Below are positions 50,300-59,720 of a stretch of DNA of 64,000 nucleotides, in pieces (position 1 is the stretch's first letter; every line of letters begins with the position of its first letter). A program made the translations under genes and the position numbers. Source of the DNA: Vicugna vicugna (taxonomy: Eukaryota); the NCBI GenBank assembly GCA_013265495.1, contig MU061578.1, positions 3,233,308 to 3,297,307 on the forward strand, given 5' to 3'. The notes beneath the pieces are model-generated. The model saw only the letters and a program-made list of their open reading frames with translations, was not told the origin of the DNA and ran no database searches.

Positions 50300-51620
50300 T
50301 GAGGTCGTCTTTGTCTGTGTGCACCGTGGTAAATGCTCTACTTTTGTTGTCATTAGAGCAGCGTTCTGCTGTGTGAATGTGCCGCAGCTCTTTGCTTCAC
50401 TGTCAGTGGATGTTGGGGAGCTCACAGTCTTGGTGTTGTGAGTAGAGCCACTGTGAGCGTCAGGTCTTTTGGTGGCTGGATTTGTTCCTGGGGTGGCGCC
50501 AGCCGCACCTGGGCCCATGCTCATCCATAGGGGTTCCTACGGGTCAGACAGCTACAGATGGGTTCTGGCTGCTACTGTCCTCACGGCGCCTGACATTGCA
50601 GCACCTGGCATCGCGGTGCCTGGCATTGTCTGCTTCCTGGTGCCCATGGTCTGAGGGTTTGTCTCCAGGGGACTGATGAGGCTGGAGCCCTTCTTGCACT
50701 TGCTGCCCCATGGAGACCCTCCTCTGTGTGGAGCCTGTCCCAGCCTTTTGCCCACTGGTTGATTGCAGGGTTCTGCATTTTCTGCAAGAGGCCAGGTGGT
50801 AAATGGGCCCGCAGGCCCAATGGTCTCAGCGCTGCTTGTCAGCTCTGCTGTTGAAACCCACTGTTGGCGGCTGCGTCCCAGCCACCTCTGCAGAGACAGG
50901 CTGTGGGTGCGGTCCCCTGGTCTGTCTTCCTCCCTGCTTGGTCGTGAGAGCTCTTGATCTGTCTCAGAGGGGAGTCCATGTCCCACATGTGTGTTTTCCC
51001 CTCTGGAGGTCCCTCCCTCTCACTTCCCTGGAGCATCTGCGGAATAGACGTTTTTCATCGCATCACAGTCCCATTTGTCTGTCTGTCTTCTGTGGTTGGC
51101 ACTCCTTGTTCTGTTTCAGTAGTCTCTGCTTACTCCATGTCACTAGGACCTCTACTTCTGCTTTTTTTTAAAGGCTCTATTTTGGGGGCTTCATATTCAG
51201 ACCTGTAATCTCTCCATTACGGATTCTGTGTGTGGTATAAGGCTGGGTCACATTCCCCGTGTGGATGTCCCATCAACTCAGGCTCAGTTCTGAAGCATCC
51301 TCCGTCCTCCTGCCCCATGAGGTGGCTGTGTCTGGATGCTCTGCTCTGCATGTTCGCCCTCTTTGGGTCCTTACCACACAGTGTTTCTACTCGAGTGGTC
51401 ACCAACTGTGCCCTCTGGCCATGTACCCCCTCAGCCTCGCTCTTCAAGGCTGCATTGGCACCTTTGGCCTTTGCATTTCCACGTGGATTTTAGATTCTGT
51501 CTGTTAGTCTCTGGAAAAAAAAGTATCTGCTGGGACTTGGGTTTGGAATTGTGTTGGGTCTGTAGATTAATTTGGGGAGAACCAGCATCTTGACAACATT
51601 GGGTCTCCTGGCCTTACTCC
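50300..51620 (-). mobile_element. Old LINE-1 ORF2/3' relic, GC-enriched
   Basis: gcatttccacgtggattttagattc…tgtagattaatttggggagaaccagcatcttgacaacattgggtc is recognisable antisense L1 ORF2. Confidence 0.7.
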
Positions 51621-53073
51621 ATTTACTTTTGTCTTCTTTGATTGCCACAGTTGGGTGTGACCGTCCGATGGAGGTAGGGAGGGTGTGCATTCACATTGGG
51701 CCCTTGCACTCTACTGGGACCTGGAAGTACACTTTTTGGGGGTACAAGGGGCACAAGCCCAGCGCAAGTGGAAGTGGAGCTTGGTGTGGCGTGGCTGGGG
51801 AGGAAGAAGTAAGGACGAAATACAGTGGGAATGGGAATGCCACCTTCATCAGAGCTTTCTTATCAATATTTTATAAGGTAATAAGCTAAATTCTTCTAAT
51901 TAAGTTTGATTTGCATCCAGTAATCAAAGAAAGTTTAAGAAGAGCTAAGTCTGGGAAACCACTTTGAGGTCTTAAATCTTTCCCTGGGAGTTTCTAGGCT
52001 CTGAGCTGTCATGCTGTGTAAGCAGTGACTTGCCTTCAGAATTTGTTGAAGTCACATTAGTGTCAATAAGAGAAAATTTTCTATTCTGAAAAACCTGTCG
52101 GCGTGATGATGCCAATTGTAAGCCAACGTCCCCTTTTTCTGTCAACTTGGTAACTCAATATGTGACAGCTGCTTGGTCTGGACCCCTCGGCCCCAACATG
52201 CTGCCTGTGGCCCCAGTGTCCCCTCTGACGAGGGAAATTGCCCTTGGGAGAAGTGGCTGGAGACCCCTTGTCTGCAGCAGGAGCAGCGGGCTTGCTGTGT
52301 GTCCGTCCTCCTCATGCTGGGGCAGCTGCCTCTGCAGGACCTGGCACGTTGACTCACTGAGCAGCTCTCCTAGACAGATAGGAGGTAGCTCGGTTTAAAA
52401 CGGCCACTGTTGGACAGAATCCTTTCCCGCGCTCTCTGTGTAAGAGGATGCAGAGCTGGAGGCACGCGAGTGACAGTCAAACTCTGGGGAGCGCGGCTCG
52501 TGTGCGCTGGTGGCTGTGATGGTGGAACTTGCTCTGAGTGGCCAGTGGCCACTCACTCCTGCCCCCAGGCCCTGTGCTCCTTGGAGGGGTAGCTCCTGTG
52601 CCGGCTTGTGGATTCTCGCGGGGGTCTGTGGTGAGGAGCGGGCTGGCCGTTGGGTGGAGGAGCTCCCAAAGACTCCTGGAGGCACCAGAGTGGGCTCAGC
52701 CTCTGCCAGCCGGATGCGCTGGCCCTGGACGCAGGTTGGCGTGGACAGCGGCCATCCTGTGCAGAGCTGCTGAGCTCGGCCAGGGCAGCTGGGTGTGTAC
52801 AGCAAACACCAGGTCTAAAGGCATATTATGAAATAAGGAAATGAAGTAAAAATCTTGTTTTTGTAATGGTGATATCCTGGTATGTTGGTGAGTGAAGTAT
52901 GTTAAAAGCAGTCTCGCCATCCATTCAACTTCCTTGGCACGGCCACTGGAACACCTGAACTGAACAGGCGGTCTCGGCGCGTATCTGCTGGAAGGCACGG
53001 GTCACGCCCTGGGCTCTGGGGTGCCTGCGGCCTGGGCCAGCAGCTGACACGTCAGTCATTTTTTCCCTTTCAG

Positions 53074-53223
53074 ATCCCACCTGCATGGCCAGTCCGTCGT
53101 CGCGGTGATAGGCGGCGAGGAGCATTTCGAGGACTATGGTGAGGGCAGCGAGGCGGAGCTGTCCCCCGAGACCGTCTGCAACGGGGAGCACGGCTGCAGG
53201 GACCCTGTCTTCCTTATCCCCAG
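53074..53223 (+). CDS. RAB11FIP3: RAB11FIP3 exon 5 (150 nt; SHLHGQSVVAVIGGEEHFEDYGEGSEAELSPETVCNGEHGCRDPVFLIPS)
   Basis: ttttccctttcag|ATCCC … CCCAG|gtacca; phase 2 to 2. Confidence 0.96.
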
Positions 53224-53565
53224 GTACCAGCCCTGAGCGGGGAAGGGGCCCCTTCTGGTTCCCAGGCTGGTAGAACTTTTTTATTTACTGGGCTGTACTG
53301 AAACAATGCTGAAGTCAAAATCGTAGCATTTACCGGGATGCACGCACGTTCGCTGCGGATCCCCTGGTCCAGTTGTGTTCCTGGGTCACCGGGGTTTGTG
53401 AGGCCTCGGCTAAGTCATGCAGCCTGGAGCCTACGCTGGGAAGCTCAGCTTTACGGGATTCTTAGCGCTGGTTGTGGCTCTCCTTGTGGTTTGTAGTGCA
53501 CTTGAGGGAGGCTGTGTGTGTGTGTGAGCACTTACATCCCTACTCACAGGTCATCTGTGCAGCGC

Positions 53566-54047
53566 AGGTGGACCTAGCAGACTGCAGCCCCGGTTGTGCT
53601 TCGTGGATGGTCAGTCTCTTAGGAATTGAAGGCTTGTGGAAACCCTGCGCCGTTTTCCCAACAGCATTTGCTTACTTCATATCTCTGTCACGGTTTGGTA
53701 ATTCTTGCGATACTTCAAACTTCAATACGATCACCTTTGTTGTGGTGACTTGTGACCCTTGATCTTGGATGTTACTGTTGCAAAAAAATGACAGCTCCCT
53801 GAAGGCTCAGATGGTGGTTAGCCAGTGAGGGGGAGGGGTTTAGCAGTAAAGTATTTTTTTAGTTAAGGTGTGCACACTGTTTTTTTTAGACATGATGCTA
53901 TTAAACACTTATTAGGCTACAGTATAGTGTAAACATCACTGTTACGTCCACCTTGAAACCAAAAACTCCATGTGGCCCACTTTATTGTGACATTCACTTT
54001 ACTGTGAGGGTCTGGAACCAAACCTGCAGCATCTTTGAGGTCTGTGT
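53566..54047 (+). mobile_element. Tigger1 internal-deletion derivative (Tigger1a-like)
   Basis: 5' end aattgaaggcttgtggaaaccctgc…ccaacagcatttgc joined to 3' end ctgaaggctcagatg…tacagtatagtgtaaac…ggtctggaaccaaacc. Confidence 0.85.
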
Positions 54048-54963
54048 GGTGTCACCAGCTGTAGTCACCGTGTTTTACATTAGACCTTCAGACCTTATTC
54101 CTCTAGCAGCTGAAAGTCTGTACCTTCTGACCAGTCTATGAGGGAGGTGTTAACATCATAAATGACTCTTTGGATTCATCTTCTTACAATTATCTGATAT
54201 CCTCAAATTGCCTGGAAAGTTCCAGCTTTGAATAAACTGAACTGTGGTCTCTAAAGAGCAAGACCTTCGCTCACAGAGCTGGTCCCTCCTCTCCGGGCTG
54301 CCCTGGGAGAAGGCCATCCCTTATATCTAGATGGGGGGCAGGACCAGCCAGCCCCTCAAGGAGGCCCTGAGCTGGCTGACCTGCCTGCCCACGTCGGTCA
54401 CCTCTCCCCTCTGCTCCCAGTTCTCCCTCTCTACCGACAGCAGAGGACAGGTATCTTTAAACCGGCAACTGTGAGATTCTTCCTGTGCCAACTGTCACCC
54501 AGGCCGAGGACCTGGATAGGAGCAGTGCTGGGCGGGGGGATGGCTGCCTGACAGACCCCCTGTGTCCTCCGGGGCAGAGTCTGGGAGTGGCTTTCCTCTT
54601 CCACACGTGCTCCTGGTGGCCTTCAAGTAAAGGCCCAGGCGGTGGCCTTGCTGAGCGTGTCTGTCCTGTTTTGGTGGTCTCTCCATTTGTTTCGTGTGCT
54701 CCTATCTCTTGTCCGGCATTCTTGCTGTTTGCTGTCTCTGGTGAAACTTCTGTGCTGCAGTTGCTGTTTCTTTAAATTGTCTCCAAAGCCTGGGGGTCCT
54801 CACCACCACTGCCCTGAAAGCCCACTGAGTTTAGGTTGCAAAATTCTGTGTTTTTTAACCAGAGTCTTAAAGATGACAGAATCACTGGTGATTTGTTGTC
54901 CACCCGCAGCTCTTGATTCTGGTAGTTCTTAGGCAGTTACTGAAAGAGACAGAACAGGAAGTA

Positions 54964-54982
54964 GGACGCCACCTGGTGACAT
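54964..54982 (-). promoter_or_regulatory. Candidate CTCF motif
   Basis: ATGTCACCAGGTGGCGTCC (core CACCAGGTGGCG); motif match only. Confidence 0.45.
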
Positions 54983-55209
54983 GCTTAGCTCTCACACTGA
55001 CCTGTTTTTGACCAAGCTGAAAGCACCGTGTCCAGTTAAAGCAGGGTTTCACTTTACACTGAAGCTGGTGGGCTGCACCTGTTTCCTCTGAGCAGGTGCT
55101 GAGCTGGGGGGTGCCACGGGTCCTGGAGGCAGTGCTGAGACCGGGGTCCTCTGCCAGCAGGCCCCACAGTCCTTGCTCTCTCCTGAACTGACACTTCTCA
55201 TCTCTCTAG

Positions 55210-55344
55210 CGCTGACCCGCTTGCTGCCAAGCTGCACAGCATCCTCACTGATGAGGCTTTTGAGTTTTACTGTAGCCAGTGCCACAAACAAATCAACCGC
55301 CTTGAGGATCTGTCTGCTCGCCTGAGTGATCTTGAAAAGAATAG
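55210..55344 (+). CDS. RAB11FIP3: RAB11FIP3 cassette exon (135 nt, 45 aa; ADPLAAKLHSILTDEAFEFYCSQCHKQINRLEDLSARLSDLEKNS)
   Basis: tctctctag|CGCTG … AATAG|gtaacc; symmetric phase 2, stop-free; peptide matches the recalled insert of longer FIP3 isoforms. Confidence 0.9.
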
Positions 55345-55528
55345 GTAACCGATGTGGTGCCCAGCCTGCTTCTCATTCAAGGGTGAGGGGGACTCCGCCT
55401 GCCCACAACTCCTCACTGGTTTGGCCCCAGGTGCCCATCACTCTGTCGGGCCCAGTCCAGGGGTGCTTCCTCCAGAGGCCGAGGCGAGTGTGCAGATAGC
55501 GGACTCTCCCTCTGGCCCTGCCTTCCCC

Positions 55529-55585
55529 TGCATGTGCTACTGCACCCGTGGTCAGTGCCCTCCACCTTGCTGCCCTGTGTGCATG
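55529..55585 (+). promoter_or_regulatory. Two RBFOX-type TGCATG elements downstream of the cassette exon
   Basis: TGCATG at 55529-55534 and 55580-55585. Confidence 0.45.
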
Positions 55586-57180
55586 CCACAGCCCTGTCAT
55601 CTGATTCTGTCCTGCCTGAGGAAATCCAGCCCAGGAAAGAGCGTCTGCTGTTAGAAAGAGATGCTTTTCCCGGTTTATCAGCAGACTTCTCTGATTTAGA
55701 GTCACATGAAGCAGCATTGGGAAATCTAAATTGAGATGAGGTCTTTAAGCACAGATATATAAGCTGCTTTCAGGAATGTACCGCAGGTGGGCCCTGCCCT
55801 GCACCCGTCACTGTAAGGCTGCCTCAGCCTCTTACCAGAAGATCCAGCTTCACTACCCTATTCAAGTGCCCAGGCCTCAGCACATGTCTGCTGCTCCTTG
55901 TCTGTCTCTCTTCTCCGTCTCCTGGATCCCATTAAAGCTGATTCCTTCTCTCTCCATCCCCAGTACTCAGTCCCAGGTCAGAGTTCCAGGAGGAGACAGT
56001 CCTTTAGCTGACTTTTTACAGCTTCACAGACTCCGGTTACAGAGAATCCTTTTGGGTAGTTTGCACATCTTGATGTGTTCATGATGCATATCGTCGATTT
56101 AGCTTGTTGCATGGGTCTGGAGAAGAGATGCGCCCCTCATGCAGCGAACCCAGCAGAGAAGGCGAGCCACCCACCAAGTACTTGTGCTGGACATGAGGGG
56201 GCAGTATGCGCCAATCAGTACTGCAGGCTCCCAGGCAATAATCCAGGGCGACTTCCTGGAGGAAGGGGCCTTGAACTCTAAGGAGTTGCACGAAAGGTGA
56301 ACCATCCTGATGGCTTTGGGGTGTCCACTTACCTCCCAGGCCCACTGTCCTGCCCTTTAGGGCCTTGGCCACAGCTGCTTGGTCTCCCTGGGTGTCCTTG
56401 TGACTGATGTGACTCTGTTTGCCTCTCTTGTTCAGTTGAGGGCTCAGTGCTCCAAGAAGGCTGCTCAGCCTGGCTAGGTCATTTGTCATTCCTGATTGGA
56501 GGCCTGCCATGTCTGTATTTGAGGGTGAACACAGAGACACATATCTCAGCTCTCATTTTCTGCAGGTTCCTGAGGTGAGAGTGATCTTTTCCCACATTGA
56601 GAACCTGCCCCAGGATGGCCAGGGTCTCCTCTGCTAGGTTCTGTGGGTCAGAGAACAGACTAGGATGTGGCCAAGTCCAACCAGCCAGTCTAGCGGGTCT
56701 CACATCGTTTCAGCCACCTTTTCCCTGAGAGAGACACCAACAAGCAGGTTGATAAACCATCAAAATCCTAGTTATAATCAGGACACAACCATCAGTCAGG
56801 AAGTTCCCACTGCACACTCACTTAAGGTGATCTTAATCTTACCTGTTGGTTTCCACAGAAGTGCCTCATAGTGAATGTATTTTGTCGTGGTTTGTGAGTG
56901 GTAAGTGATTTTGTCCACACTGTATCCAGAAGCTTTGACATCAGATAAAACATCTATCCAGTGACCCTCGGAACATACTGACAACTATGGTATTTTCCAG
57001 GTACCTTGGAGCCTCTGTGAAAGCAGTTCATCCTGTAGAAATTAAGGAGTCTGCTTTACCTAGAGGTCTGTTTTCAAATTGTAAACCCCGTTGCTGTACA
57101 GCTATCTGAGAGGTCGGTGGTAAACTGAACAGGGAGGCTCAGTGATTAGAATTAAGTTAGAGTTGCATCAAAATATACAG

Positions 57181-57625
57181 TGTCAGTCATGGTCCAGTCA
57201 GCAGAGGGGAGCCACGCGGGAATTGGACAGGGGAAGTTGAATAAAAGGAATGTCACTATGACAGGAGATGGAGTGGGTTCGGCTACACAGAAAGCTCAGA
57301 CAGAGCCAGGAACAGCCGCTGTCAGGGCCTTGCAGCAACCCCCCTTCTAGAACTCATTGCCAGAAAAGCTCTTCCTTTGGAGGGGCCTCACTAGAGTGGC
57401 CTTGCTGCAGAACTGCCCTGGGAAGTGTCAGGGCTGGGGTTTTTGGGTGAGAGCATTGGTGCCAGGTTAGACCCATGGTTTCCTGTGCATCTCTCTCCAG
57501 TGCCCTCTGCTGACAAAACACTGCAAAGTACAACTTTGTGGAGGGCCCATATCCACTTTCCCAGAACCAGCGGGAAGGATGGGTTTGAAGCCAAGGGGCA
57601 GTAAGTTGCTAGCTGGTACGGCATG
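57181..57625 (-). mobile_element. ERVL solo LTR (LTR33/LTR41-like)
   Basis: ggtccagtcagcag…ctctccagtgccctctgctgacaaaac…gggtttgaagccaaggggcagtaagttgctagctgg. Confidence 0.6.
57498..57514 (-). promoter_or_regulatory. Candidate CTCF motif inside the ERVL LTR
   Basis: GTCAGCAGAGGGCACTG; motif match only. Confidence 0.45.
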
Positions 57626-58396
57626 TATTTCCCCAGACAACTTAAGAGTCACAGTAACTGAAGAGGGATGTGCCCTGTCTGGCTGTTGTGAGCTCAAGAC
57701 AATGGCTGTTCTTATTCTTGGAGAGTTGATATATATTTTCTCATAGGTTGAGGCTAATAGTTTAGCAATTAAATTGGAAATAAAACTTTGGACTTCAAAA
57801 ATGAGAGAGAAGGTAAATTTGGCCCCTTTTCACTGCAGATGATTGCATCAGACAGGCCATACATGCCTGACCAGGTCTGCTGTCCTGAAATGTCATCGGG
57901 AAAGTTTTCTCAATCACCGCTCCAGTGGGATTCTGGAGTGTGACGAGTCAGTGCCTAGGTTAAAACCGACGACAAAACTTTCCTGTCGCAGACAAGCCCG
58001 TGTCACGCTTCATGTGGGGGACTGTGATGGCCAAGCATTTGGAGGGTAATGTGGCTTCAAAAGCATTTGGAGCGTGGCACTGGCCAATGGCTCAGACACA
58101 GTGCAACCACCTGGTGGGTCCAGGCACTGGGGCAGCCTCTGAAGTGAGGTTTGTTTGTAACTCCAACGAAAATCTCTTTGAGAGATGGAATCGTGTGACT
58201 TGCGGAGCCTTGACAAGCCCCTGGGATTGTTCCCGTGTCCCTGAATGTTTTGCTGAGTGAGCCTTTCTGTGCATGGAACTGCATGCCTGTGGACGCGCCC
58301 CCATCCCCATATCTCTTTAGCCCAAATTTCCTGTTTCCTCTTGTTCCTCCCTGTCTGTTCTCTGACACGATTTTCCTGTTTATTTTGATTTTGCAG

Positions 58397-58432
58397 TCCA
58401 ACGAAGCGGCTGTCCAGCAAGAAGGTGGCAAG
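58397..58432 (+). CDS. RAB11FIP3: RAB11FIP3 exon 6 (36 nt; PTKRLSSKKVAR)
   Basis: attttgcag|TCCAA … GCAAG|gtaaga; phase 2 to 2. Confidence 0.95.
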
Positions 58433-59394
58433 GTAAGAGACCCTGCTTACTCACGAGGTGTTCTTCTGAAATGTGTCACTCATCACAGCTCTTTAAATAT
58501 ACCTTCTTTAGAAAATACCATTTTCCAAGGTATTTTTTAAAAACTTTTGAAATTTACTTCTCATAGTTTGGGATTGAAAATAATTTGAGGGGATGGGTTG
58601 AAAAAAGAATTTCCACAGCAGTGGACTGGGACCTGGATTTGTGGCTGGGAAGTCTGTGTTGAAAGCTGTTGTCATTCCTCCTGTATCTGAGTCTTTACCA
58701 CACGAGGACTATAGGTTAGCCTGCTGGTGGAGAGTCTGCGGGGGGCCTGATGTCACAGCCCTGGTCTGGGTCCACCGCATTCTTCCCTCCCTGCTGGTTC
58801 CCCAGGGTGAGAAGGAGGTGAAGGAGGTGTGCCAGACTGCCAGTTTCTAAAGAACATGCATCTGTGACCATTTCTTCATTTTTCAGTTTTGGAAGCTACC
58901 TCCTGGCTTCCTGCAGTGAAAGGTGACATCACACACAACCCCTCCCCTGCCAGGCTAGCCCTAGTGACAGTATTCATGGGTTTACAAGACACCAGCTTTC
59001 TTCGAGGGCAGCCGTGTAACATATTACCAGGTTTCCTTTCTAAGACAGGCTGTTGCTTCTCCTGGATTCAGTGATTGCCTTTATGTTTTCATTTGCTTTA
59101 TCTTCCAGGCTGCTTTTCTGCCTTCACTGCCCAGCCCTCTAACGGGCCCACCAGGCAGCCCTGCTCCTGTCTGGATGGTCCCTCCCAGAGCTTCGGCCCT
59201 TTGTGTCCATACTGTGCAGACTGCACGGCTGTAGTCCCCTATTGCTCCCTGGTCCCCTGTCTTCCTTTTTTTAGTCTCCATTTTTCATCCAGCATTTCAT
59301 CTTCCTGTAGCTGCTTGAGAAAATAAGTGCCCAGGGAATAAATTTTGGGGACCTTACTAGACATTTCACTCTCACAGTTTGGCTCAGTGTAGAA

Positions 59395-59720
59395 TTCTAG
59401 ATTGGAAATGATTTCCCTTTAGCATTTGGAAGGCATTGCTCATTATCTTCTAGCCCTGGAGCTGCTGCAGGACATCTGATGCTTTCTGATTTTTCTTTTT
59501 GACTATTTTCCCTCTCTGGATGCTTTCAAGATATTTTCTCTATCCCTGAAGTTCAGACACTTTACATATCTTGTGAGTCTTTTCCCCATTGATTGTGCTG
59601 GGCAGAATGAAAGATGTGCTGTTTCAGTCTGGAAGCTTCTGTCCCTGAATTCTGGGACCTTTCTCGACCATTGATTGACAGTCCTCCATCCCACCTCCTG
59701 CTCCTGGAACTCCGTGGCCC
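59395..59720 (-). mobile_element. Old LINE-1 ORF1-region relic (L1M5/L1ME-like)
   Basis: ttggaaatgatttccctttagcatttggaaggcattgctc…tttctctatccctgaagttc. Confidence 0.65.

Noticed and set aside
50606-50650. Degenerate 15-bp x3 repeat
   Set aside because: Short, imperfect and inside an L1 relic; no evidence of function.
52103-52228. C/D-box snoRNA (GTGATGA … CTGA)
   Set aside because: Only a 3-bp offset terminal stem, no C'/D' boxes or recognisable rRNA guide.
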